The notes: generated from the letters alone by a model not told the origin. Shown: positions 47,871 to 57,868, counted from the first letter of the stretch. The stretch is 64,000 nucleotides of DNA from Candidatus Uhrbacteria bacterium (GCA_943359525.1 CALRHV010000001.1:82195-146194); one strand, 5' to 3'. Program-made: numbers and translations.

Positions 47871-48641
47871 GATTTCATTTCGCAAAATTTCCACCGCAAT
47901 CGGTCCGGCCACGTACGGAGCAATGAGATACGGGTTGTAGAAAATTCCGATCGCGTCTGGCGTGGTGTAGAAAATTGCGTCATCGATGTAGCGATTCGTC
48001 TGCTCATCCGCTGGATTCGCAACGTACTCCTGAAACTCGATCAACGATTCCTCGAATAATTGATCCGCTTCATTGTTCACGAGCCACTGTTTTTCCTTTA
48101 CCTCGAACACGGTGAGTTTTGCCGGATCGAGAATGTCCCGCAACGAAAGCTGTTTCCCCGTTTTCACATCGAAGTTTAAAAACAACTGCGTAATGTTCGG
48201 ATGCGCGCCGCCTTGGTTGAGATAATTCGAAAGTCCGATTGAGAGAATGCCGTTTGAGTTTTGCTTGATGTCGTAGCCAACTTCACTCGTCCACGCGCCT
48301 TCCGTAGGGTCTTCTGTACACGTCGTGTGGAATTCCTTCACCGCCGAAATGATCTGAGCATTCATCGACTCGCGAATCTCCAATGGCGTGCTCGACGACT
48401 CCTCGATCTGTGGATACAGCAGACGAACGTCGCATCCACCTGTGACTTGAGCGTCCTCATGCTGAACCTCTGCTATTTCGCGAAACACAAGGTCCTTTCC
48501 TGCGGCAACATTCACGAGGCCACCGGAATCGCTATCGAGTTGCGCTGCATCGTCCATATCCCATCGGTAAAGAAAATATCCACCAGCCGTAAGTACTGCC
48601 ACAATCGCCAAGCTCAACACGATATTGCCGAGGTTCTTCAT
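47868..48641 (-). CDS. DUF3298/DUF4163-like (RsiV/PdaC C-terminal-like) membrane-anchored protein
   Basis: N-terminal TM helix, then the family-like tail FYNPYLIAPYVAGPIAVEI. Confidence 0.45.
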   Translation of the reverse strand: MKNLGNIVLSLAIVAVLTAGGYFLYRWDMDDAAQLDSDSGGLVNVAAGKDLVFREIAEVQHEDAQVTGGCDVRLLYPQIEESSSTPLEIRESMNAQIISAVKEFHTTCTEDPTEGAWTSEVGYDIKQNSNGILSIGLSNYLNQGGAHPNITQLFLNFDVKTGKQLSLRDILDPAKLTVFEVKEKQWLVNNEADQLFEESLIEFQEYVANPADEQTNRYIDDAIFYTTPDAIGIFYNPYLIAPYVAGPIAVEILRNEI

Positions 48642-48675
48642 ATGGAGAGATGGTAACAAGGCTACTGCCAATCGC

Positions 48676-49476
48676 CTACTGAACCATCAACACGTTCGGT
48701 ACGGCTGCAGATTGTACTTCAATATCCCACGGAGTCGATGTGGTGGACATGCCTGTGGACGGGCCACCGTCGAGATTGCCGGCGATTCTGAAATGTTCTG
48801 GCTGTGCCACGAGCCACTGCGCCATTTGGTACAGCGATACCTCGCCAACTTCGCTGACGATGACGTAAATTGTTCCATCGATTTCTTGAGCAAGAACGGT
48901 TCGACGAGCGTGCAATCCGCTGTCCGTTGCGACGAGCGCGTGATCGTTCATGACCAATGTTGGGAATGAAAGGAATGTTGATCCCGGGTACGGACCGAGC
49001 ATCGAGCTTGTGGGAACCCAGTACATGTTCATTCCGCCGTCGGTCGTGATATTCACGGCAAAGGTGTACCCGTTTTCGCTATCTCCGATCTCGGATTCTG
49101 GCCAAACCACCGCCGAGACCGCGCCATCGATGGAATAAAATCCCGTTGGTTGATTCGCGTCGGTAAAATATGATCCGTTGATGACGAATGATGCGCCGAG
49201 TGATTGCCGCCATTCATGAACCGACTTCGGTGACGACGGATCGTTCACCATCGACCACTGCGAATCGGCAGAGAACTTCGAGACGAGAAATGAAACTTCG
49301 TGGCCATCGAACGTTGCAACCCTACGCTCCATGAACGCCGGAAGATCGGCGTAGCCATAGCGGAAGAAGAGCTTCATCGTTGGCAGATACGCAGCAACAA
49401 TACAACCAAGCACAACGCCGCCGCATAGCATCGCCAAACAACCAAATGCCAAAAATCGTTTCAGGGTCATACGGCG
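48676..49476 (-). CDS. phosphodiester glycosidase (NAGPA/DUF2233-like) family protein
   Basis: Signal anchor, then GNLDGGPSTGM typical of the family. Confidence 0.5.
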   Translation of the reverse strand, partial: RRMTLKRFLAFGCLAMLCGGVVLGCIVAAYLPTMKLFFRYGYADLPAFMERRVATFDGHEVSFLVSKFSADSQWSMVNDPSSPKSVHEWRQSLGASFVINGSYFTDANQPTGFYSIDGAVSAVVWPESEIGDSENGYTFAVNITTDGGMNMYWVPTSSMLGPYPGSTFLSFPTLVMNDHALVATDSGLHARRTVLAQEIDGTIYVIVSEVGEVSLYQMAQWLVAQPEHFRIAGNLDGGPSTGMSTTSTPWDIEVQSAAVPNVLMVQ

Positions 49477-50048
49477 CATTTTTCCGCGATTGCTCGCGCT
49501 TCGGATTCTTTCCAAACGATCGCAAGAATGCGCTTCTTCGGTTTTCCCGTTATTCTCTTGGCATTCAAGGTCGCAATAACACGCCATTTGTTGCCAATGT
49601 TATACGTACGCCTCCCGATAAGACCAAAAACGGGAATCATCGCCACATCAATCGAGGCGATATTTGCACGAGTCAACGATTCTTTTTGCCACCGAATAAA
49701 ATTTCCTCGCCATGTGACGAGCATTTTATTGGAAATACTCGTTGATCGATCAACGTTCATCATAAGCACTCCAAGAAAAAGAAACACGAGGCCCGCACAG
49801 AAGAACAGGGTCCACATCACTGCACTGAACGCGAACTCGAACCAGTCACAACGCGATGATGGGCAGATCACCGCACCGATCCAGTCAGAGAACGATCGTA
49901 CAGCCACACCGGAATTTTCAACTGTATGAAAGATTTCTCCCTGCCATTGATACAGCAGCACCGCGCCAATCAGCGCGAAGATTGGGCCGAACACCCACAC
50001 GCTCCATCCCAACGGTTCATAACGAATTACCGTTTCAGCGTTCGCCAT
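49467..50048 (-). CDS. hypothetical polytopic membrane protein
   Basis: 193 aa; four hydrophobic helices. Confidence 0.4.
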   Translation of the reverse strand: MANAETVIRYEPLGWSVWVFGPIFALIGAVLLYQWQGEIFHTVENSGVAVRSFSDWIGAVICPSSRCDWFEFAFSAVMWTLFFCAGLVFLFLGVLMMNVDRSTSISNKMLVTWRGNFIRWQKESLTRANIASIDVAMIPVFGLIGRRTYNIGNKWRVIATLNAKRITGKPKKRILAIVWKESEARAIAEKCAV

Positions 50049-50049
50049 A

Positions 50050-50274
50050 TTACAATTTTCGAAGAATCTTTTTTGCCCTCTGCGCCGCTGTTACAGGAAC
50101 CATGATCGAGAATCTTGCCGGCACGTGCGCGGAAAACGGATTCCAATGAAAGGTAGAATCTCCCACAATCTCCGCCGGAATTCCCGCAATCATCAATTTC
50201 GCACAAGCGATTTCCGCCCGCACTTCGTCGTCCATCGTGGCCGCAACCACCAAAACCTTTCCATGATTCCGCAT
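50050..50274 (-). CDS. hypothetical small protein
   Basis: 74 aa; 2-nt spacing to the upstream gene. Confidence 0.35.
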   Translation of the reverse strand: MRNHGKVLVVAATMDDEVRAEIACAKLMIAGIPAEIVGDSTFHWNPFSAHVPARFSIMVPVTAAQRAKKILRKL

Positions 50275-50419
50275 AGCTACAGTTTACAGAAGAATCAAAA
50301 TTTTGTAGAATACCCTCGCTCAGTACGGTTTCGACTGAACAGAGTAACCGGATAGAACCTTCTCCTTAAAAAGAAGGTTCTCTGTACGGTCCAAACCAAA
50401 TGATTTTGTAGGACTTTCT

Positions 50420-50493
50420 AGGGATATCGTATAATGGTAGTACAACGGTCTCCAAAACCGTTAGCGTGGGTCCGATTCCCCCTATCCCTGCCA
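50420..50493 (+). tRNA. tRNA-Trp (anticodon CCA)
   Basis: Acceptor AGGGATA/TATCCCT, U8, D-arm GTAT/GTAC, anticodon stem ACGGT/ACCGT with loop CTCCAAA, T-loop TCCGATT, discriminator G, encoded CCA. Confidence 0.8.
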
Positions 50494-50532
50494 AAAAATC
50501 CCAGCTCTCGCGAGCTGGGATTTTTTATTGGG
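50494..50532. terminator. rho-independent terminator after tRNA-Trp (bidirectional)
   Basis: AAAAATCCCAGCTC-tcgc-GAGCTGGGATTTTTTATT. Confidence 0.8.
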
Positions 50533-50544
50533 TTTACAATTAAT

Positions 50545-51711
50545 TTACCAACGACCAGGACCGTTCGGGTTGTATCCGTTCGCAATTTCGAGGCCATCGG
50601 GATAGCTGTCGTTGTCGGAGTCGGAGTCGAAACGGTTAGTCCAGTGGATGGTCATTTCAGCGTAGTCGGTGAGACCGTCGTGATCGGAGTCGAGCTTGCC
50701 TACGCCGTTCGGATTGTAGCCGTTGATGACTTCGGTGTAGTCCGGGTATCCATCACCGTCCGTATCGGAACTGAAGGGATTCGAGTGCCAAACTGATTCC
50801 TCGTCGGTATTCGTTAAACCATCGCCATCGTTGTCCATAGCCAACATTGCATCGCCAAGACGTTCAACAGTGGCTTCGTCGGCATTCGACATGTGGTAAT
50901 TCTTGATATCGATTGCATTGGCTGGCACTGCAATATTCACCGGTGCGTTGAAGCTATTGAAGAGCACCGAAACGCCAACCGTGGTGTACGACGTAGCGCT
51001 CTGTTGCACGTTTACGTTGAGCGTGAACATTGCAGGAAGCATACTTACCGTATCAACCCAGAATGAACCGCCAATGGTGACGTGTTCTGCAAGGTATGTA
51101 CGAGCCGCGTCTTCTTCAGACGCTGGAATTAGCTTCTTTTCAACAAGATACTCAACCAAGCGGTCCGTGTTTACCGTGTAGGCATAGCGGACGGTTGGCT
51201 TCGAATTGATGAAGCCGACGGTTTCGAGGCGATAGCTTACGACTCCGCGATTGAACATGTCTTGAAGATACGACTGCATTTGCGCAACGGCTTCTTCAGT
51301 TTCTCCCGCAGTTGGATAGTTGCTCGAACTGGCGAACTTCGTGAAATACCAAATGTTCTCGTCTTGCGAGAAGTATGCGGTGTCCTGTGTGAGGATCACC
51401 GATCCATTCGATGCGTTCGACGCACCGTTTTGATCGGTCACCGAGCCAGCAAAGTTTAACCGGCCATTCTGCGTCGTACTTGAAACACCATCAAGGTCCA
51501 CGTGAACCTTTACTGGCTGATTCATGCTAGACGTGTATGTTTCCACATCAACGTCTACGCTGAAATCCACGGACTTCGCGGTGGCGACGTTTTTGAGAAG
51601 CGTAGAAGTCGAATCGCTACTCAAGACGGTGGCGGCAGACGCAAACTGCGCCGGCAGCAATACCACACTCAAAACAAGGATCGAGACACACTTTTTGATA
51701 AGGTTTTTCAT
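50545..51711 (-). CDS. secreted protein with C-terminal thrombospondin type-3-like calcium-binding Asp repeats
   Basis: Signal peptide MKNLIKKCVSILVLSVVLLPAQFASA; C-terminal DGDGLTNTDEE, DTDGDGYPDYTE, DSDHDGLTDYAE, DSDSDNDSYPDGLE repeats. Confidence 0.7.
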   Translation of the reverse strand: MKNLIKKCVSILVLSVVLLPAQFASAATVLSSDSTSTLLKNVATAKSVDFSVDVDVETYTSSMNQPVKVHVDLDGVSSTTQNGRLNFAGSVTDQNGASNASNGSVILTQDTAYFSQDENIWYFTKFASSSNYPTAGETEEAVAQMQSYLQDMFNRGVVSYRLETVGFINSKPTVRYAYTVNTDRLVEYLVEKKLIPASEEDAARTYLAEHVTIGGSFWVDTVSMLPAMFTLNVNVQQSATSYTTVGVSVLFNSFNAPVNIAVPANAIDIKNYHMSNADEATVERLGDAMLAMDNDGDGLTNTDEESVWHSNPFSSDTDGDGYPDYTEVINGYNPNGVGKLDSDHDGLTDYAEMTIHWTNRFDSDSDNDSYPDGLEIANGYNPNGPGRW

Positions 51712-51865
51712 GGGATTTGGCCAATAAATTAACCGGATAGTATAGCAAAAAAACGGCCAAAAGTCAAGGAATTTGGCTAAAGTAAGCAAAGATGTAAACC
51801 GGTTGTGGCGAACGAACCCCCGAGCCACCAGTCCGAGGTAGTGCGCCAGAAAATGATGCCCTCGT

Positions 51866-52130
51866 ATTTTGGGGTTTTAAAAAGGGGCGATAGAACGTGT
51901 TGTGATGCTGTAATCAATGAAAAGCGAAATCGATTTCAAAATGCGTGACCGGCGATCGGAGACGGCTTCATCGCGAGCCGAACGGATCGTCAATATGAGC
52001 CAGTGCTTCCTTAACGCGAAACTTTCGCATTAGCAAAACACCCTGTTTGAAATCGAATGCCCCCGCTCTCGACAATCGTGTTTGTGATCATCACTCCCGC
52101 CACATCCATCCAAGATCAGTTCAGGCCTTC
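51866..52130. repeat. copy 2 of the conserved ~270-nt duplicated non-coding element, abutting the topIB stop codon
   Basis: See copy 1 (10788..11080). Confidence 0.7.
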
Positions 52131-53120
52131 CAACACCTTCATCAACCCAACTTCATGAACGTGGAGTAATGGATATTTCTTTCGCAATGATTCATTCGGA
52201 GCGTGCCAGGTGAGCTTTCCTTTGGCGTAGAGCGAAAGCACTTTCGGATGAATATAGGATTTTTTGCAGACGACGACGGTGTTGCCGAGGGCATCTGCAG
52301 CGCGTTGAATCGCGGCTTTCACATTCTGTTGTATTTCTCGTTTCGTCTCAACGGCCGGCCGATCCCAAAGATACGACGCGACGATGACGGTGCCGTGCCA
52401 GGTACGAAAATCTTTGGCGGTAATCTCTTCCTTCGAAATCGATTTCAGATACTCGTTGACGTCTTCCGATTGGACATCATGCGGCTTACCCTCGTGATCG
52501 AGATACTCAAAAAGCTTCTGTCCAGGAATATCGTGGCACGTTGCGACGATCTTCCGGATTCGCTCATCCTCGATGGGAAATTCGTGCGCGATCCCATCCT
52601 TCCCATCGAACGCAAGTCCCATGTACTCCCCCGTTCCCTTCACGTGCCGATTCCGCAACGTCGTCAAACCGAATGAGTGATTATCTTTCGCATACTCCTC
52701 ATTGCCGATGCGAATGAATGCCGTATCTAATAGCTCAACGATCGCTGCGAGCACCTTGTCTTTTGGTATCCCTCGAAGGCGCAAGTCGTGATCAACTCGA
52801 CGACGAATGCGGGAGAGCGATACCGCAAACTCGTTCATCCGATGAAACTTCCCCTCATTCTGCTTCGCGATCCAGTCGTGATGATAGATGTATTGTTTTC
52901 TATTTCGCGCGTCGATCGCCGTTGCTTGAATATGGCCGTTTGCAAACGGGCAGATCCACACGCTGGAATACGCCGGAGGAATGCCAAGGGAACGAATGCG
53001 AGCCAAAACGTTTGCGTTTCGGATCTTTCGTCCCTTTTCGTCGCGATATACCACACCAAACCAACCCTTTGTTCGGGTAAAGCCGGGAATCGTATCAATC
53101 ACGTATCGGAGTCGCATCAC
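52116..53120 (-). CDS. DNA topoisomerase IB (poxvirus-like bacterial TopIB)
   Basis: 334 aa; catalytic-domain layout with the active-site Tyr in KKSYIHP near the C-terminus and conserved Arg/Lys/His positions. Confidence 0.75.
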   Translation of the reverse strand: MMRLRYVIDTIPGFTRTKGWFGVVYRDEKGRKIRNANVLARIRSLGIPPAYSSVWICPFANGHIQATAIDARNRKQYIYHHDWIAKQNEGKFHRMNEFAVSLSRIRRRVDHDLRLRGIPKDKVLAAIVELLDTAFIRIGNEEYAKDNHSFGLTTLRNRHVKGTGEYMGLAFDGKDGIAHEFPIEDERIRKIVATCHDIPGQKLFEYLDHEGKPHDVQSEDVNEYLKSISKEEITAKDFRTWHGTVIVASYLWDRPAVETKREIQQNVKAAIQRAADALGNTVVVCKKSYIHPKVLSLYAKGKLTWHAPNESLRKKYPLLHVHEVGLMKVLEGLN

Positions 53121-53458
53121 TGTAGTATATCCTGTTTCGCTACAACGTATGTCGTTTGCGCGTCCTGCCGATGCATTGCAGTTGCTCGCACGCTACGGTA
53201 TTGGCATAACTTTGAGCAATCTCACGTTGGTGCCAATCCACACGACGTCAATTCGCGCAGTGCCCTTCTTTTCACAGGCACCACTTGGGGATTGGTATGA
53301 TCCTCGTCAAAGCGAAGGACGCGACATCATCACGGCTATGTTGTAGTTTTTGTTAATTATCCTTCTGGCGACTACGTACCCGTTACCCCAATGCCAACGG
53401 CAATGATTATTATCAAGCCGGAATAGCATGGTAAAATGCTCATAATCATTCTTGGATT

Positions 53459-56278
53459 ATGGTAAAGCTTCGTAACGCACTTCTTGGCGCAGCAGTCGGT
53501 CTTGGTATTGGTGCAGCAAGCATCGAACACGCAGAGGCAAAAGACTTCGCCACCGCCCAGTCGCCAGACCCAACGTTTCCCTTTGAGCGCCTTGCGATTG
53601 GCGGCACACCGGAAGACATCGATGAGCTCCTCACGCACATCAACGACTGGGCGTACAAAGATAGAGCAGGCGACGTGGCGGTAGAACTTGCAAAAAAATA
53701 TCCGTACGACGTCATAAAACACAATAAGGATTTTCTTGATCTTGGCGTTCCGTGGACAGACGAGGTTTTGCGATCCGCACTACATTCGGCCACCGACGAA
53801 TCTCGGAACTACGACATTTTCCGATATTTTGACGTAGGCGATCCAAGAACCGCTCGCCTTTTTGAGGAATCCATGGACACCGTGTCTAGGCCACTGACTC
53901 ACTATTATTGGAGGACCTCGTTGGGATTATCGCAACAGCAACACGATGCGTATTCTGAACTCATGCGCAAGGCAATTTCCGTAGAGGCCGCTCAGCGTCC
54001 CATGCAAATGTTCCGCACTGCATACAATGACCAAGATCAATTCGCGAAGTTCGTTCCAAACCGTACCAAACGGAAGGCACTCATGGAACAGATGATTGTC
54101 AACATCATTGAATCCGGTGACGACGAAGATCTTAAGGAAATGGCTCGCTACGCACAAGGATCTTCTGATATCCGAATACTCATCGCTCAGCACTATGGTT
54201 GGGAGCGGTTTCTTGAGCAGTGCGCCGAACGCATACCTGGAGCCGTTCTCCGCAGCTTCCGTGATTGGAGAAGTCCGTTCTTTGTGTTTTGGGCTGAAAA
54301 GAAACGCATGGAGGTGTATCGCAATGCCACAGAACGCGATCCGGGCGCGCTCATTTGGGAATGGAGAAATGAATCGAAATATCACGAACTCCAACAACAG
54401 AATCATCGCGACGAAATGAAGCGCCTCGCTGGCGATGCGTATACAAAGGTCATTACAGAACACCTCGATGAGTTTCATGTGCAGCATCTCCTCACGCCAG
54501 AAGTGATGCGAGAAATTCCTGCGATCGATACTGCGCTTCGCTCCTCGGCAGAAAAGAATCCCGCGCAGCTTCTTGACGCTCTGGATGTAGACGTTTTAGA
54601 AATCGATGCAACGCCATACCTTGAAATCGCCGCACGAAGCGCCATCGCGAAGCGTACATGGAAGAACGCTCGCCCTGTTCGTCACGAGGAATCGAAGATC
54701 ACCGCTTATGGCGATGAGCGCAGATCATATTCTCGATATGGCGACGATCTTTACACCGTGAATCAATTCGGCCGCCTTCCAGATCATGAGGAACTCGAGG
54801 TGGCGTGGTTCAAGGCGGCGATGACGGATATTCCAGGCGAAACACTTGGACTGTATTTTCGCGAACCGTGGACCAGCAAGGCGCTCGACGAGAATCTTCC
54901 TGGGAACCTCATGTACGCACAAGAAATGAATCCTGCTGCCATCGATACAACCCTCGACATCCCTACGCTTACCTTCGATGAGCGACATCTTCTCCTTGGT
55001 TCTCGAGCGAAGGATGATTTTGCGGAAGCAACAAGAGACGCAATAACGATTCTGCAACTCGATAAAGGAACCAGTTCAAAGCTCGCGTATCAGCTGTTGT
55101 GGATCCTTGAAGAAGCTCAGCCGTACGAATTTTCCGCGTGGGTGAAGGAACTCGAAAAAACACCGGCGCCGAATTCACTTCTGGACGACTGGAAAAAGGC
55201 TGTCACCAAAGAACAATGGGACGGACTCGTGAAACACGCTGATAGTATTGAGAAGAGCAAAGCATACGAAACGCTCGCAACGTCCACGATTGGCACTGGT
55301 TTTCGATTCAATACCGCAACGCTCGAAGAGCTGCTTGGAATGAATTATCACCATCGGCTGCGCACCACCGTTGCGTCGAGCAATTCCTATGGAGCATATG
55401 AAGGAAAAAACTTTATTACTGTTCCGATGCTTGCGTTTGAAACGATTGCCACATCAAAGGCCTTTGAACGCTACATCGATGCGCACGCAAACGATAAGCT
55501 CTCGTTCGTTACCCTCTGCTCAACCGTGCAAGCAACGTGGCGTAGATTACGCGATTTGCATATGGATCCATCGCCGGCGAATATCGAGCGCGCGCTCAAT
55601 GATGTAGAGCAGCAATGGGAACATGTAAAAAATGTAGAAGTCTTTGGACCGCACACCGACGTCATTACCATTGCGCACGAAGAAGCGCGATTTAGCAACA
55701 CGGAATTTATCGATCAGTTGGTGCTCGGCCATGGCGGGAATGCGAAACAGGTGCTGTTTCAAGGAAAGGGCGCAAAAGACGAATCCGCAATTCTCACGGC
55801 GATCAGCACAAAAAAGACCAAGTCCATCACCATCGCCTTTCATGGTCACGGGCTTGAACAAGGCCTGTATCTCGACGACCGAACTCCGATCGAACCAACG
55901 GAACTCGGCGCCGCGCTCATTGCCTCTGACAACATTCAAAACACTCGTCTCATCCTCCACTCGTGCCACGCATACGACTTCGTGGATCAACTGCTCAGAT
56001 ATTTGCGCGAGAAACATATTGACACTACCGGTTTCGTCGTCGTCACGGGCGCAAACAAAAACGCACTTGGATTCGGCACTGGCAATAACACAAATCCAGT
56101 TTTAGACAGCCGGTATCTTAGCGCTATCCACACGCAAAATGCCGGGAGACCAATTACGGTCGACGCATTCCGCAGAGCCGAAAACATTGATTGGATTCAC
56201 CAAGACCCAAGCATCACCGTCGGCCTGCCACTTGAAAGCGGATGGATGACGGGAATTGAAGTTGCGGAAGCTGAATAA
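53459..56278 (+). CDS. large secreted helical-repeat protein with a C-terminal CHAT/caspase-like domain
   Basis: Signal peptide MVKLRNALLGAAVGLGIGAASIEHAEA; about 700 aa of helical repeats; C-terminal ITIAFHGHG (His-Gly) and LILHSCHA (hydrophobic block then Cys) spaced as in clan-CD peptidases. Confidence 0.5.
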   Translation: MVKLRNALLGAAVGLGIGAASIEHAEAKDFATAQSPDPTFPFERLAIGGTPEDIDELLTHINDWAYKDRAGDVAVELAKKYPYDVIKHNKDFLDLGVPWTDEVLRSALHSATDESRNYDIFRYFDVGDPRTARLFEESMDTVSRPLTHYYWRTSLGLSQQQHDAYSELMRKAISVEAAQRPMQMFRTAYNDQDQFAKFVPNRTKRKALMEQMIVNIIESGDDEDLKEMARYAQGSSDIRILIAQHYGWERFLEQCAERIPGAVLRSFRDWRSPFFVFWAEKKRMEVYRNATERDPGALIWEWRNESKYHELQQQNHRDEMKRLAGDAYTKVITEHLDEFHVQHLLTPEVMREIPAIDTALRSSAEKNPAQLLDALDVDVLEIDATPYLEIAARSAIAKRTWKNARPVRHEESKITAYGDERRSYSRYGDDLYTVNQFGRLPDHEELEVAWFKAAMTDIPGETLGLYFREPWTSKALDENLPGNLMYAQEMNPAAIDTTLDIPTLTFDERHLLLGSRAKDDFAEATRDAITILQLDKGTSSKLAYQLLWILEEAQPYEFSAWVKELEKTPAPNSLLDDWKKAVTKEQWDGLVKHADSIEKSKAYETLATSTIGTGFRFNTATLEELLGMNYHHRLRTTVASSNSYGAYEGKNFITVPMLAFETIATSKAFERYIDAHANDKLSFVTLCSTVQATWRRLRDLHMDPSPANIERALNDVEQQWEHVKNVEVFGPHTDVITIAHEEARFSNTEFIDQLVLGHGGNAKQVLFQGKGAKDESAILTAISTKKTKSITIAFHGHGLEQGLYLDDRTPIEPTELGAALIASDNIQNTRLILHSCHAYDFVDQLLRYLREKHIDTTGFVVVTGANKNALGFGTGNNTNPVLDSRYLSAIHTQNAGRPITVDAFRRAENIDWIHQDPSITVGLPLESGWMTGIEVAEAE

Positions 56279-56337
56279 GCCTGATATCGTACAGCCTCAG
56301 ACATGGCAGCCTGCTTTATGGCTCCAAAATTTCATAT

Positions 56338-56475
56338 ATGGACGACACCAACGTAGTACCAGCAGCAGACGAAACCGCAGCTCCAGTTGCAGCGCCAGAA
56401 GAAACAACAGCTCCTGCTACAGACATGCTAACAGACGACGTCGCTCCAGCAGCAGACGAAGAAGTCACCGCGTAA
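56338..56475 (+). CDS. 46-aa acidic Pro/Ala/Asp/Glu/Thr-rich micro-ORF (below the ORF-track length cutoff)
   Basis: MDDTNVVPAADETAAPVAAPEETTAPATDMLTDDVAPAADEEVTA; starts 60 nt after the CHAT-like gene and is followed by a hairpin/T-tract. Confidence 0.35.
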   Translation: MDDTNVVPAADETAAPVAAPEETTAPATDMLTDDVAPAADEEVTA

Positions 56476-56481
56476 TTTCCG

Positions 56482-56520
56482 CGGTTCGCAAAAACCCTAG
56501 CGAGCAATCGCTGGGGTTTT
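56482..56520 (+). terminator. terminator-like hairpin with T-tract
   Basis: AAAAACCCTAGCGAGCAATCGCTGGGGTTTTTGATTT. Confidence 0.5.
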
Positions 56521-56546
56521 TGATTTCATGCGATACAATACGACAT

Positions 56547-57161
56547 ATGGCATCGTGGACCACCGAAGAACAAAAGATTCTCAAAAAACTCTCAACGCCC
56601 GCCAAGATTCAAGATTTCTTGAACGGCCTTCGATTCCGGATTATCGGCGGGAACGAAACCTGTCATTCCCCGCGACTCGTCCTTCGCCATCGGGAGGCAC
56701 AGTGCATGGAAGGGGCGATGTTCGCGGCGGCTGTGCTTCGATTCCATGGTTACCGACCGCTCATTATCGACCTCACATCGACCGCGCAGGATCAAGATCA
56801 CGTCATCTCTGTGTTTCAGATTGGTGGCTTTTGGGGAGCAATTTCGAAGACGAATCACGGGGTTCTGCGATATCGTGAGCCCGTGTATCGATCAGTTCGT
56901 GAACTCGTCATGAGCTACTTTCACGAATACTTCCTTCAATCGAATCGAAAGAAAACACTACGAGGATTCTCGAAACCGGTCGATCTCTCACGATTCGATC
57001 GGAGAGAATGGGAAACGAGCGAAGAACCGATTTGGTATATTCCCGAATATCTCTTAACAATTCCCCACTCGCCAATTCTGAATCGATCGCAAATTGCCCG
57101 GCTCCGCATCGCCGACCCAATCGAGGCACAGATGACGGAAATCGTGGAATGGCGTACGTAA
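56547..57161 (+). CDS. transglutaminase-like (Cys-His-Asp papain-like) superfamily protein
   Basis: Real start MASWTTEEQ; the upstream 97 codons of the ORF are Arg/Ser-rich antisense-like. Core AQCMEGAMFAAAVLRFHGY ... DHVISVF. Confidence 0.45.
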   Translation: MASWTTEEQKILKKLSTPAKIQDFLNGLRFRIIGGNETCHSPRLVLRHREAQCMEGAMFAAAVLRFHGYRPLIIDLTSTAQDQDHVISVFQIGGFWGAISKTNHGVLRYREPVYRSVRELVMSYFHEYFLQSNRKKTLRGFSKPVDLSRFDRREWETSEEPIWYIPEYLLTIPHSPILNRSQIARLRIADPIEAQMTEIVEWRT

Positions 57162-57439
57162 ATCGTTTCAGTCATGCTGAGCGTTAGCGAAGCATCTCTC
57201 GCAGGGTATCTGGATTACCTACGGGAGATTCTTCACTTCGTTCAGAATGACGAACAGAATTCGAAATGCTATAGTTTTCCCATATGGAATGTCCAAAATG
57301 TCATCGTGCAACAACGGGGATCAAAACCGATACCACAAAAGGAAGGCACGGCGAGGTGTATGTTCGCGAAGCATCGCGATGTCCGCGATGCGATGTGTGG
57401 GTGACGGTCGAGACACCGAAAGAAGCCAAGGAATAACAA

Positions 57440-57472
57440 AAAACTCCGAGCATTGCGCTCGGAGTTTTTCTT
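57440..57472. terminator. rho-independent terminator downstream of rplU
   Basis: AAAAACTCCGAGC-attgc-GCTCGGAGTTTTTCTTT. Confidence 0.75.
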
Positions 57473-57477
57473 TGCGA

Positions 57478-57789
57478 TTACGCGATGGATTCAATGGTGA
57501 TCTTGGTCCAAGGCTGACGATGACCGACGTTACGGCGGTAACGCGTCTTTGGCTTGTACTTGATGACAGAGATCTTGTCGGCACGACCATGCTCGCTAAC
57601 GACAGCCTTCACGACTGCGCCAGTAACGATTGGCGTACCAACCTTCACAGTTGCACCGTCGTCGGACGCCACGAGCAATGCTTCAAAAGTCATTGGAGCG
57701 CCAACCTCGAGTTCGATCTTTTCTACGCTGAGCACCTGGCCCTCGCGGACGATGTGCTGTTTACCACCTGCCGTTATTACTGCAAACAT
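57478..57789 (-). CDS. rplU: 50S ribosomal protein L21
   Basis: MFAVITAGGKQHIVREGQ...GHRQPWTKITIESI; note that no rpmA follows. Confidence 0.9.
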   Translation of the reverse strand: MFAVITAGGKQHIVREGQVLSVEKIELEVGAPMTFEALLVASDDGATVKVGTPIVTGAVVKAVVSEHGRADKISVIKYKPKTRYRRNVGHRQPWTKITIESIA

Positions 57790-57868
57790 AGAGAATTGTG
57801 CTGCTGAGGCGACGAGGAAACCCACGTACTTTTTTGCCTATTGCAAGCCAAAATGTAGCGAAAGAGTA

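Noticed and set aside
51866-52130. tmRNA (ssrA) identity for the duplicated element
   Set aside because: Only the first ~25 nt read on the minus strand resemble a tmRNA 5' end. There is no T-arm/CCA-bearing 3' end, no tag-peptide ORF ending in Ala-Ala, and it is too short; kept only as a generic candidate RNA.
56256-56546. N-terminal 97 codons of the 301-aa ORF
   Set aside because: Arg/Ser-rich low-complexity sequence overlapping the micro-ORF and terminator region; the real gene starts at MASWTTEEQ (56547).
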